Source: Eledone cirrhosa (taxonomy: Eukaryota). From it: DNA of 64,000 nucleotides. The translations under genes and the position numbers were made by a program. The notes under the pieces are model-generated. The model saw only the letters and a list, made by a program, of their open reading frames with translations, was not told the DNA's origin and did not search any database. Location of the stretch: assembly GCA_964016885.1 (NCBI GenBank), contig OZ024741.1, positions 58,466,001-58,530,000 of the forward strand. The letters run 5' to 3'. Positions within the stretch are counted from its first letter, which is position 1. Each line of letters opens with the position of its first letter. Positions 25,789 through 38,453 of this stretch are shown one piece after another.

Positions 25789-28700
25789 ATCATCATCATC
25801 ATCATCATCACCGTTTTACGTCCGTTCTTCCACGCTAGCATGGGTTAGACGGGTTGTCCTGTTGTGGGCAGTGTCTGGTCGGCTGACCATGCCTTGCTCA
25901 TACAGGAACTGATCTGGCTTGATTTCTACAGCTGGATGCCCTTCCTAACACCAACCTCATTTACAGTGAGTGCTGGGTGCTTTTTCGTGGCGCCTACACG
26001 TCCACTTTACAGTGTGGGCTGGGTGCTTTTTTGCCGTGGCACCTCCACGACCACCTTGGGTGGGGGGGGGGGGGCATATCGTTTATATGCTTCAGCATGT
26101 ACCCATGGGAGGTCGGGTACCCTGTATTACTGCGTGACGCCAGAAGTCACGGTCGTGTGTCATTGACTTTGAGAGGTGTAGTTGGGTAAGGTCGGCTTTT
26201 ATCACCTCATCCCAAGTCATCTTGGGTCTCCCCACTCCGCGGTTTCCATCAACTTCTAGTGCTCTGCACCTTTTTATGCAGCTGTCATCCTTCATACGCA
26301 TCACATGTCCATACCAGCGTAACCGCCTCTCCTGCACGCAGCATTTGATTCCTCTTATGCTCAGTCTCTCTCTCAATTCATTTATGCTTTGTCGTTCACG
26401 TATATTACTGTTACACATCCATCGGAGCATGCAGGCTTCGTTTCTCTCTAATCTACGTAAGTCTTCCACCTTCAGCGCCCAGGTCTCACTACCATGCAAC
26501 ATCGCTGTTCGGATACACGCATCATACAGTCTGCCTTTCATTCTGAGGGAGAAGCCTTTTGCAGCTAGCAGTGGTAGTAGTTCCCTAAACTTCTTCCATC
26601 CCGTTCTTACCCTAGTTATTGTACTTTCTGAGCACCCACCTCCGTTGCTAATTCGGTCACCTAGGTAGCAGAAGCTGTCTACTGTTTCTACAGGGCCCTC
26701 CCAGAGATTGGTGGTACTTGTTTCCTGTGGCTGTTTGCTTGCTGTTTCAGCACAGCTGCTGCATGTGAATCCTACATTCTTAATTAAGCTTCCTGAGATC
26801 CCGCTACATCTCTTGTGTACCCATTGTTTGCATTTGGGGCAAAGAATGGAGTTCCTACCTACACCTTTCCTACATACTGAGCAAGGCCATTTCCCTGAGG
26901 GGATCTGGGTTCTGTTTTCTCGTCTACTTATAAGGACCTTAGTCTTTGTCATGTTGACTTTGAGGCCCTTTCTCTCTAGTCCCTGCTTCCAGGTTTGGAA
27001 TTTATTCTCTAGTTCTACCATAGATTCAGCTATGAGTGCGAGGTCATCAGCATACAGGAGTTCCCATGGGCATCCGGTCTTAAACTCCTCCGTTATTGCC
27101 TGCAGGACTATGATGAACAGGAGAGGGCTAAGAACAGAGCCCTGGTGGACCCCAACCTGTACGCTAAATTCCTCGCTATACTCATTGCCAATCCTAACTT
27201 TGCTGACTGCTCCCCTATACATGGCTTGTACCGCTTTCACAAGCCATTCATCTACTCCTAGTTTTCTAAGAGCCCACCAGATTACTGCACGTGGAACTCT
27301 GTCAAAGGCTTTCTCAAGGTCGACAAATGCCAAGTAGAGTGGCTTACTTTTAGCTAGGTACTTTTCCTGTAATTGCCTCACAAGGAAGAGCGCATCAGTG
27401 GTGCCTTTCCCTGGTACAAACCCAAATTGCATCTCGTCTATATTCACCCGGTCCCTAATCAGCTGTGCTATAACTCTTTCTGTTACTTTCATGACCTGGT
27501 CCATCAACTTTATACCTCTATAGTTTCCTCTATCTAGTGCATCGCCTTTACCTTTGTAGCAGTTGACAATGATGCTACTGCACCAATCTTTTGGTATGGC
27601 CCCCTCTAGTATTACCTGGTTAACGATACGTGTGGTTATAGTGTGACCTACAGACCCAGATGCCTTCAGCATCTCGGCAGCTATACCCGATGGACCGGTT
27701 GCCTTCCCTATCTTCATATCTCTGATTGCCTTACTTACTACGCTGCCGCTGACTTGTACTGCTGGTCCCTCTATAGGGTCTACGTGGGGTAGGGTCTCTT
27801 CTTCCCATGCATTCTCCTCATTTAGTAATCTATCATAATGACTCTTCCATGCATCTTTCTTCTCAGCACTTGTGAGGGCAAGCTCACCTTTATCATTCCG
27901 GATACACTTCTCTCCAATGACATCACAACTATCTCTGACACACTGCCTCGCAATCTTGAATACCTCCTGTTTCTGGTCCTCACGTTGTAAAACATGCTTG
28001 AATTTTCTATCCTCTGCTTCCCTCCTAGCTAAGTATACTTGTCGCCTAGCTTCCCTCTTGGTCTCTATGTAATGTACCCTGCTCCCCCCGTTCTTCCATT
28101 CTTTCCATGCCTGTCTCTTGGCCTTGACTGCTTCATCTACCTTATTGTTCCACCACCAAGTCACTCTCCTCCTGCTTGAGGTCTTACTCCAGCCACAAAC
28201 CTCATCCGTCGCCTCTAGTAAGTTATTTTTTAGGAACTCCCAGTTCTCTTCTACGTTAAATGTCTCTATCTGTTCTTCTTTACTGTCGTAGGCGTTGAGT
28301 AAAATATCTTTAAATCTGTTACTGGTTGAGGGGACTTTCAGCTTCCAGATCTTTCTTCTCCAGGTTGGCCTCTGTTTCAGGGCTCGTCTAGTTCTGACCG
28401 TGAGGTCGCTGACAACTAAGCTATGTTGGGATGTACATTCCTCACTAGGGAAGGCTTTTGTGTTTACGACCGTCCATCTGTCACGTCCTCTGATGAGGAT
28501 AAAATCTAACTGACTAGAGTGCTCCCCTGATCTATAGGTGATCAGGTGGTTGTCGGGTTTTTTAAAGTTTGTGTTACATATCGACATGTCATTGGCGTCG
28601 CAGAATTCTAGAAGTCTGAATCCTTCCTCATTCCTTGTGCCAACTCCATGGCCTCCATGTACTCTATTGAAGCCGTCGCAGTGTTTACCTACGTGTCCGT

Positions 28701-29491
28701 TAAAATCTCCTGCAATGATTAGGAAGTCCTTGTCGTCTGTTAGAGCAGTAGTGTGTATTAGGGACTCGTAAAACCTATCCTTAAGTTCGTCTGGCAGCCC
28801 CGATTGGGGTGCGTAAGCTGATATTATTGTGGTAATTGTCTTATTCAGGACTAGTCTGAGTTTAATGATTCTTGCATTTACCCTGTACACTGAGATTACT
28901 TTATCTACCCACTTGTCAGCTAATAGTATACCTACACCACCCATCCCATCGTCATTTCCCACCCAGAAAAATTTGTAGCACTGGCTTTTTCCTACAAGGA
29001 CTCTAGCAGACCCTCCTCTCCATCTAGTCTCTTGCACACAGCATACATCAACTTCCTTTCGCTCTAGCATTTCTACGATTTCTCCTGCTCTTCCTTTCAT
29101 TGAGCCTACATTGATGGTACCAACTCGGAGTTTTGGGCATTTGTCGACACTCGTAGGGGAGGGTCTCTGGGTTGGCGCTTCACGTGGGTGCTTGGTAGCT
29201 CGCAGATTCATATTTCATCTATTGATTCAGAGTTGCTCGTGTATTCCCAGCTCATCCATCCCTAACGGTGGGAAAATTGAGGGCTAGAAGGACAGTGGTG
29301 GTGGGGTAATGGCAGGGTGTGTTGGGATGCGCCAGAGGAGGAGAGAGTTAGTTAGGCAGGTAGTAGCAGCAGCAGCAGTGGAAATGGCATGCTAGGTTTG
29401 ATTGGTCGAATAGACTATGGTGGTGTGTGGGGGTGGGGGGGGGGGAAATTGTGAGGTAGGAACTGAGGGTCGCATGGTAAATATCCAAGTT
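25789..29491 (-). mobile_element. Full-length RTE LINE, family B (~3.7 kb)
   Basis: About 280-nt 5' UTR, a single long ORF, 3' UTR, stem-loop and (GAT)n tail. Embedded in TA arrays. Confidence 0.95.
26092..29211 (-). CDS. RTE polyprotein: APE endonuclease - RT with internal PHD-type finger (1039 aa, intact)
   Basis: EN motifs GTINVG, CVQETRW, SAYAPQ, AGDFNGHVG, SQH. RT motifs QFGF, DLEKAFD, GVHQGS, YADD. C-terminal [12 protein letters not shown]. Confidence 0.95.
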   Translation of the reverse strand: MNLRATKHPREAPTQRPSPTSVDKCPKLRVGTINVGSMKGRAGEIVEMLERKEVDVCCVQETRWRGGSARVLVGKSQCYKFFWVGNDDGMGGVGILLADKWVDKVISVYRVNARIIKLRLVLNKTITTIISAYAPQSGLPDELKDRFYESLIHTTALTDDKDFLIIAGDFNGHVGKHCDGFNRVHGGHGVGTRNEEGFRLLEFCDANDMSICNTNFKKPDNHLITYRSGEHSSQLDFILIRGRDRWTVVNTKAFPSEECTSQHSLVVSDLTVRTRRALKQRPTWRRKIWKLKVPSTSNRFKDILLNAYDSKEEQIETFNVEENWEFLKNNLLEATDEVCGWSKTSSRRRVTWWWNNKVDEAVKAKRQAWKEWKNGGSRVHYIETKREARRQVYLARREAEDRKFKHVLQREDQKQEVFKIARQCVRDSCDVIGEKCIRNDKGELALTSAEKKDAWKSHYDRLLNEENAWEEETLPHVDPIEGPAVQVSGSVVSKAIRDMKIGKATGPSGIAAEMLKASGSVGHTITTRIVNQVILEGAIPKDWCSSIIVNCYKGKGDALDRGNYRGIKLMDQVMKVTERVIAQLIRDRVNIDEMQFGFVPGKGTTDALFLVRQLQEKYLAKSKPLYLAFVDLEKAFDRVPRAVIWWALRKLGVDEWLVKAVQAMYRGAVSKVRIGNEYSEEFSVQVGVHQGSVLSPLLFIIVLQAITEEFKTGCPWELLYADDLALIAESMVELENKFQTWKQGLERKGLKVNMTKTKVLISRRENRTQIPSGKWPCSVCRKGVGRNSILCPKCKQWVHKRCSGISGSLIKNVGFTCSSCAETASKQPQETSTTNLWEGPVETVDSFCYLGDRISNGGGCSESTITRVRTGWKKFRELLPLLAAKGFSLRMKGRLYDACIRTAMLHGSETWALKVEDLRRLERNEACMLRWMCNSNIRERQSINELRERLSIRGIKCCVQERRLRWYGHVMRMKDDSCIKRCRALEVDGNRGVGRPKMTWDEVIKADLTQLHLSKSMTHDRDFWRHAVIQGTRPPMGTC

Positions 29492-29544
29492 ATATATATG
29501 TATATATATATGTATATATATGTATATATATATATATATGTATG

Positions 29545-29577
<33 letters not shown>

Positions 29578-29764
29578 GTATATATATATGTATATATATA
29601 TGTATATATATATGTATATATATATGTATATATATATATATATGTATGTATATATATATATATGTATGTATATATATATATGTATGTATATATATATATA
29701 TGTATGTATATATATATATATGTATGTATATATATATATGTATGTATATATATATATATGTATG

Positions 29765-29818
<54 letters not shown>

Positions 29819-30470
29819 TGTATGTATATATATATGTATATATATATGTATGTATATATATATGTATGTATATATATATGTATATATATATATGTATGTA
29901 TATATATATGTATATATATATATGTATGTATATATATATGTATATATATATGTATATATATATATGTATGTATATATATATGTATATATATATGTATGTA
30001 TATATATATGTATGTATATATATATGTATATATATATATGTATGTATATATATATGTATATGTATATATATATGTATATATATATGTATATATATATGTA
30101 TATATATATGTATATATATATGTATATATATATGTATATATATATATATGTATATATATATGTATATATATATGTATATATATATATATGTATATATATA
30201 TGTATATATATATGTATATATATATGTATATATATGTGTATATATATGTGTATATATATGTATATATATATATGTGTATATATATGTATATATATATGTA
30301 TATATATATGTATATATATATGTATATATATATGTATATATATATGTATGTATATATATATGTATATATATATGTATGTATATATATATGTATATATATA
30401 TGTATGTATATATATATGTATATATATATGTATGTATATATGTATATATATATGTATATATATATATGTA

Positions 30471-30551
<81 letters not shown>

Positions 30552-30871
30552 ATGTATGTATATATATGTATATATATGTATATATATGTATATATATGTA
30601 TATATATGTATATATGTATATATATATGTATATATATGTATATATATGTATATATATGTATATATGTATATATATATGTATATATATGTATATATATGTA
30701 TATATGTATATATATGTATATATGTATATATATATATATATGTATATAAGTATATATATATGTATATAAGTATATATATATGTATATATATATATATATG
30801 TATATAAGTATATATATATGTATATAAGTATATGTATATGTATATATATATGTATATATATATATAAGTAT

Positions 30872-30935
<64 letters not shown>

Positions 30936-31026
30936 GTATGTATATATATATATGTATATATATGTACATATGTATATATATATATATATGTACATATGTA
31001 TATATATATATATATGTATATATATG

Positions 31027-31119
<93 letters not shown>

Positions 31120-31124
31120 GTATG

Positions 31125-31159
<35 letters not shown>

Positions 31160-31164
31160 GTATG

Positions 31165-31237
<73 letters not shown>

Positions 31238-31364
31238 GTACATATATATATATATATATGTATATATGTATATATATATATGTATATATATGTATATATA
31301 TATATATGTATATATATGTATATGTATATATATATATATGTATATATATGTATATACATATATA
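29492..31364. repeat. Compound (TA)n/TATG microsatellite, ~1.9 kb, with a TAAG patch at ~30740-30870
   Basis: Direct reading. Confidence 0.97.
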
Positions 31365-31546
31365 ACACAAGAAAAATCCCCTTGAGCAGCCATATTGCGA
31401 ACTGCGCAGGAATGACACTACCCAATTTTAAAATCTTCCCCTTCTACAAGTGCTCAGATTCGTTCACACAACAACAAAGAATAAACAAAGAAAATCTATT
31501 CCTTAACAAATTTAAACCAAAACTAAACGGGTTATCACCCCAATAG
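31365..31546 (+). pseudogene. Penelope-like element fragment: C-terminus of GIY-YIG endonuclease
   Basis: [34 protein letters not shown] fits the H..F.I..R..E..F...F.P.LN end of PLE GIY-YIG domains. Confidence 0.7.
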
Positions 31547-31764
31547 AATTGTCATAAAATATAAACACACATACGCACGGAATCACTACTATTAAAGACC
31601 AGAGACCAATTCTGTAGAATCAGGTTTATTCATTGACAGACCATGCCTTTGTGTGACCAACACATCCATGTTAAACCCTGCACGTGCACACACGTATGTC
31701 TATATATATATGCGCACACAGAATTATTTTAATTTCACTGCCCCAACTTCTTATATTATGGAAA

Positions 31765-31954
31765 AAATATATGTGTCTGTATGTATATATATATATATAT
31801 ATTTGAAGGCCATTTCTCTGTGTGTGGGTATATGTATGTGTGTGTGTGTGTGTGTGTGAGTATGTGTGTGCATGTGGATGTATGTATTGTGTGTGCGTGT
31901 GTGTGTGTGTGTGTGTATGTATGTGGGTATCTGGATGTATGCGTATGTGTATGT

Positions 31955-32032
<78 letters not shown>

Positions 32033-32046
32033 TGTCTGTATGTGTG

Positions 32047-32079
<33 letters not shown>

Positions 32080-32135
32080 ATGTTTGTATGTGTGTATGTA
32101 TATATATATATGTGTGTGTGTATGTATGTGTGGGG

Positions 32136-32183
<48 letters not shown>
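31765..32183. repeat. Mixed (TG)n/(TA)n microsatellite
   Basis: Direct reading. Confidence 0.95.
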
Positions 32184-32186
<3 letters not shown>

Positions 32187-34185
32187 CGGCTGGGCCTTCG
32201 GAAATAGTTGCTGAGATGCTGAAGGCATCTGGCACGGTGGGACACACCATGGTCACCCGCATAGTTAACCAAGTCGTACAAAACGGGGTTGTTCCGAAGG
32301 ACTGGCATAGCAGCATCATCGTTAACTGTTATAAGGGTAAAGGAGACGCCCTAGATAGGAGTAACTATAGAGGCATTAAATTAATCGACCAGGTCATGAA
32401 GGTCACGGAAAGAGTAATAGCGCAACTAATCAGAGAGAGAATTGACCTAGATGAAATGCAGTTCGGGTTTGTGTCAGGCAAAAGTACCACAGACGCTCTT
32501 TTCATAGTACGACAACTACAAGAGAAGTACCTAGCTAAAGGTAAACCCCTCTACTTAGCTTTTGTCGACTTGGAGAAAGCCTTCGACAGAGTCCCCCGCT
32601 CCATTATCTGGTGGGCTCTTAGAAAACTAGGCGTTGACGAATGGCTTGTGAGGGCTATACAAGCCATGTATAAAGAAACAGTCAGCAAGGTTAGAATTAA
32701 CAACGAATATAGTGAAGAGTTTAGCGTAAAAGTCGGCGTCCATCAGGGCTCTGTTCTCAGTCCACTACTATTTATTATTGCCCTTCAGGCCATAACAGAG
32801 GAGTTCAAGACAGGCTGCCCATGGGAACTCCTATACGCAGACGACCTGACACTCATAGCGGAATCAATGGCCGAGCTAGAGAAGAAATTCCAAACATGGA
32901 AGCACGGCCTAGAGTCAAAAGGACTTAAAATTAACCTGGCTAAGACCAAAGTACTAGTTTGTAGGAAAGAAAACAAGGCGGCGGTCCCTTCTGGGAAATG
33001 GTCGTGCTCGGTGTGTAGGAAAGGCGTAGGTAGAAACTCCATTTTATGTCCTAAATGCAAAGTATGGGTGCATAAAAGATGTAGTGGGATCACAGGTAGG
33101 CTAACTAAGAACATAGATTTTACATGTGGCCGGTGCTCTGGTGCAATAAGTAGCAGCAAGTGCCCACAAACTACTAGCTCTTTCAATTGCGCAGAGGGTT
33201 CTATAGAAATAGTGGACAGCTTCCGTTACCTGGGCGATAAAATCAGCAGTGGGGGAGGGTGCTCTGAAAGTACTGTAGCTAGAGTCAGAACTGGTTGGAA
33301 AAAGTTCAGAGAGCTTATACCACTATTAGCTGCTAAAGGGTTCTCACTAAAAATGAAAGGCAGGTTGTACGATGCCTGCATACGAACAGCAATGCTGCAT
33401 GGCAGTGAGACCTGGGCATTGTGTGCAGAGGATATACGCAGACTAGAGAGGAACGAAGCTTGCATGCTCCGCTGGATGTGTAACAGTAATATACGTGAAC
33501 GGCAAAGCATAAACGAACTAAGGAATAAATTAGAGATAAGAGGGATCAGATGTTGTTTACTCGAGAGAAGGCTACGTTGGTATGGACACGTGATGCGCAT
33601 GAAAGTCGATAGCTGTATAACAAAGTGCAGGGCAATAAAGATAGACGGTAGTCACGGAATAGGCAGACCTAGAAAAACCTGGGACGAGCTGATAAACTCC
33701 GACATCACACACTTACACCTCTCCAAGACAATGTCACTGGACCGAGACCTTTGGCGGTACTCAGTAACAGAGAAGACCCGCCTTACCTAAATATATAGTA
33801 AAACCTACTCCAGCCAGTAGGCATCTCTAACAAATACACCCCGTCCCACCACCCCCACCCGATCCACACCACCCCGTTCTATGTAAAGTTATGTTGGTGC
33901 CGCGCCATCGAGGCCGAAACAAATGAGATCGTGTAGGTGTCACGACAAAAAAACACACAGTCCACGCTGTAATGTGGCCGTGTAGGCAACACGGTAAAAA
34001 CCTCCCAGACCCACACTGTAAATGTGGTTGGTGTTAGGAAGGGCATCCAACTGTAGAAAACCTGCCAGACAGTCCTATGCGAGCAAGACAATCACTCTTG
34101 CCTCAAGTGGGACTACCCCCGTCCAAACCCATGCAAGCGTGGAACACGGACGTTAAACGCTGATGATGATGATGATGATGATGAT
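32184..34185 (+). mobile_element. RTE family A, 5'-truncated, nearly identical to 13178-15178
   Basis: Open RT frame 32216-33790 with only a few amino-acid differences from the 12.8-kb copy. Same 3' UTR and tail. Confidence 0.95.
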
Positions 34186-34198
34186 ATATATATGTGTG

Positions 34199-34241
<43 letters not shown>

Positions 34242-34276
34242 GTGTATCTGGATGTATGTGTATGTATATATATGTG

Positions 34277-34333
<57 letters not shown>

Positions 34334-34402
34334 ATGTGTATATATATGTGTGTGTGTGTGTATGTGTGTATGTATATGTATGTGTGTGTGTATGTATGTG
34401 TG

Positions 34403-34441
<39 letters not shown>

Positions 34442-34718
34442 GTATGTGTATGTATGTGTGGATGAAGGTATGTGTGTGTATATTGCTTCCACCCCCTCAC
34501 TGACCAGCAGCTGGCTATTGCTAAATCTGACCTTTATAAAATAACCCACACCCCAAATAACTTCTCATTCACTACCAGAAAGGGACACAGCAGTCAACCT
34601 GTTGTTGCTACCTAGATGAAAACTGCTATGAAATCCCACAATGAATTTTATACTTGAATTTTCAAGTCTCAAATTTTAACTCTTCGTATTATTAATTTTT
34701 CTTAATATTAATCAACAT

Positions 34719-34757
34719 TTGAAAAGATGGCTTTTGCAGACCCATCGAAACCGGTCA
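34719..34757 (+). ncRNA. Degenerate PLE-type minimal hammerhead motif
   Basis: ttgaaaa (for CUGANGA) GATGG..CCATC GAAA CCGG TC. The core has two mismatches and stem I is poor. Confidence 0.4.
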
Positions 34758-34915
34758 TTTTTTATACCCTTTATTATTTCCTTACCTTATAAAATTATGT
34801 TTTTTCACAAAAAAGTATTCTGTCTCTTATATATTCCATGTGCCACTACCAACCTCAATTTTCTCTATAACCTTCGTTTTGTGTAGAAAATTACACTTTT
34901 CATATATATATATGT

Positions 34916-34947
<32 letters not shown>

Positions 34948-35057
34948 GTATATATATATGTATATATATGTATATGTATATATATGTATATGTATATGTA
35001 TACATATGTATATGTATATATATATATATGTATATGTATATATATATGTATATATAT

Positions 35058-35428
35058 ATATTGTTATACTTTGGGAGGGTCATGTTGCCAATAAGAAACA
35101 CACGCACCAGTTGCTTTCACTTCAATTTATTATATATTTATAAATTTACAAATTTAGAAACTTATAAATTTCTGGTTGGTTGGTTGGTTCCACAACCAGA
35201 TAGTAGTTTATATATATAGTCATAGTCCTTTCGTCACACACTCTGTGTATGACGAAAGGACTATGACTATATATATAAACAACTATCTGGTTGTGGAACC
35301 AACCAACCAACCAGAAATTTATAAGTTTGTACATTTGTAAATTTATAAATATATAATAAATTGAAGTGAAAGCAACTGGTGCGTGTGTTTCTTATTGGCA
35401 ACATGACCCTCCCAAAGTATAACAATAT
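35058..35428. repeat. Near-perfect palindrome, arms 183/185 bp, 3-nt loop
   Basis: Arms are reverse complements with 3 mismatches and one 2-nt indel by manual comparison. Loop CTC at 35241-35243. Confidence 0.93.
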
Positions 35429-35484
35429 CGGTTTCAACACACGATTTCAGATAAAGAATCTTGCTAAACAAATTCAGAAACGAA

Positions 35485-35518
<34 letters not shown>

Positions 35519-35913
35519 GTATATATATGTGTATATATATATATGTATATATATGTGTATATATATATGTGTATATATATATGTGTATATATATATGTGT
35601 ATATATATATGTGTATATATATATGTGTATATATATATGTATATATATATATGTATATATATATATGTATATATATATATGTATATATATATATGTATAT
35701 ATATATATGTATGTATATATGTATATATATATATGTATATATATATGTATATATATATATGTATATATATATATGTATGTATATATGTATATATATATAT
35801 GTATATATATATGTATATATATATATGTATATATATATATGTATATATATATATATGTATATATATATATGTATATATATATATATGTATATATATATAT
35901 GTATATATATATG

Positions 35914-35946
<33 letters not shown>

Positions 35947-37418
35947 GTATATGTATATATATATGTATGTATATATGTATATATATATGTATGTATATAT
36001 GTATATATATATGTATGTATATATGTATGTATATATGTATGTATATATGTATGTATATATGTATGTATATATATATGTATATATATATGTATATATATAT
36101 GTATATATATATGTATATATATATGTATATATATATGTATGTATATATGTATGTATATATGTATGTATATATGTATGTATATATGTATGTATATGTATAT
36201 GTATGTATATGTATATGTATATATATATATATATGTATGTATATATGTATGTATATATGTATGTATATATATATGTATATATATATGTATATATATATGT
36301 ATATATATATGTATATATATATGTATATATATATGTATATATATATGTATATATATATGTATATATATATGTATATATATATGAATGTATATATGTATGT
36401 ATATATGTATGTATGTATATATGTATGTATATATGTATGTATATATGTATGTGTGTATGTATATGTGTATGTATCATCATCATCATCATCATCGTTTAAC
36501 ATCCGTGTTCCATGCTTGCATGGGTTTGGATGTATATATGTATATATATATGTGTATGTATATATATGTGTATGTATATATATATATGTGTATGTATATA
36601 TGTATGTATATATATATGTGTAAGTATATATGTATATATATATATATATGTGTATGTATATATTTATATATATATATATGTGTATGTATATATATATATA
36701 TGTGTATGTATATATGTATATATATATATGTGTGTATGTATATATGTATATATATATATGTGTATGTATATATGTATATATATATATGTGTATGTATATA
36801 TGTATATATATATATATATGTATGTATATATGTATATATATATATATATGTGTATGTATATATGTATATATATATGTGTATGTATATATGTGTATGTATA
36901 TATGTATATATATGTTTATGTATATATGTATATATATATGTGTATGTATATATGTATATATATATGTGTATGTATATATGTGTATGTATATATGTATATA
37001 TATATATATGTGTATGTATATATGTATATATATATATATGTGTATGTATATATGTATATATATATATATATGTGTGTATGTATATATGTATATATATATA
37101 TATATGTGTGTATGTATATATGTATATATATATATATATGTGTGTATGTATATATGTATATATATATATATATGTGTGTATGTATATATGTATATATATA
37201 TATATATATGTGTATGTATATATGTATATATATATATATATATGTGTATGTATATATGTATATATATATATATATATGTGTATGTATATATGTATATATA
37301 TATATATATGTGTATGTATATATGTATATATATATATATATATGTGTATGTATATATGTATATATATATGTGTATGTATATATGTGTATATATATATATG
37401 GGTATGTATATATATATA

Positions 37419-37452
<34 letters not shown>

Positions 37453-37607
37453 TGTGTATGTATATATGTATATATATATATATGTGTATGTGTATGTGTA
37501 TATGTGTATGTATATATGTATATATATATATATGTGTATGTGTATATGTATATATATATATGTGTATGTGTATATGTGTATATGTATATATATATGTGTA
37601 TGTGTAT
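35485..37607. repeat. Compound TA/TATG microsatellite, ~2.1 kb, containing a tail-only RTE insert
   Basis: Direct reading. Confidence 0.95.
36473..36530 (-). mobile_element. Tail-only RTE family A insertion (~58 bp)
   Basis: Only the terminal stem-loop TCCAAACCCATGCAAGCATGGAACACGGATGTTAAAC plus (GAT)n. Confidence 0.85.
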
Positions 37608-38453
37608 ATCATCATCATCATCATACGTCCGCTTTTCCCTGCTTGCAATGGTGGGACGGGTCTTATTCAGCACAGCATCTCTCCACTCGTCACGGTCCCT
37701 CGTCATCTCCACCGTGAGCTTCAATGATCTGAGGTCTGTTCTCACCACCTCCGCCCATGTTTTTCGTGGTCTACCTCTACCACGTCTTCCTTCAACTGGC
37801 ATTTCCTGGCACTTCTTCACCCATCGGTCATCCTCCATGCGCATCACATGTCCATACCACCTCAGTCTCCTCTCCTGTACACTACATTCTATCCCTCTCA
37901 GACACAGTTTCTCTCTCAACACATTTATGCTGGGTCGTTCACGCACATTTACACTGCACATCCAACGGAGCATGCTTGCCTCATTTCTCTCCAGCCATCG
38001 CATATCCTCTGCAGTTGCTGCCCATGTCTCACTACCATGCAGCATCGCGCTCCTCACACAGGCATCATACAACCGGCCTTTCGTACGCTGGGAGAAACCC
38101 TTCTTCGTCAACAGAGGAAGCAGCTCCCTAAACTTCTTCCAACCCGTCCTTATTCTAGATACCATGGCCTCGGAACACCCTCCTCCCATGCTAATCTGAT
38201 CTCCTAGGTACCGTAAGCTATCCACCACTTCTATAGCGCCCTCTTGCATTTGAAAAATGTGTCTATCAGTGCGACTTCTACTGTCTAATTTCCCTGTACA
38301 TCTACTGCATACATATTTCTCCCTACCTGTTAGTTTGCCTGCTATCCCGCTACATCTCTTGTGTACCCAGGATCTGCATTGTGTGCATTTTATAGAATGT
38401 ATGCCAGTTCCTTTTCTGTATATCGAACATGGCCATTTCCCTGACGGAATCAT
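37608..38453 (-). mobile_element. RTE family C, 5'-truncated, essentially no 3' UTR
   Basis: Frame [37 protein letters not shown] runs into the (GAT)n tail. Confidence 0.92.

Noticed and set aside
29212-29491. HDV-like ribozyme expected in an RTE 5' UTR (also considered at 24690-24760)
   Set aside because: I could not assemble the nested double pseudoknot by eye. It needs a descriptor search.
25780-29500. Target-site duplications for the LINE insertions
   Set aside because: Flanks are simple repeats, so TSDs cannot be distinguished from background.
35225-35265. Hammerhead at the palindrome centre (TGACGAAAGGAC)
   Set aside because: Lacks a CUGANGA...GAAA arrangement with stems. The pairing is just the palindrome.
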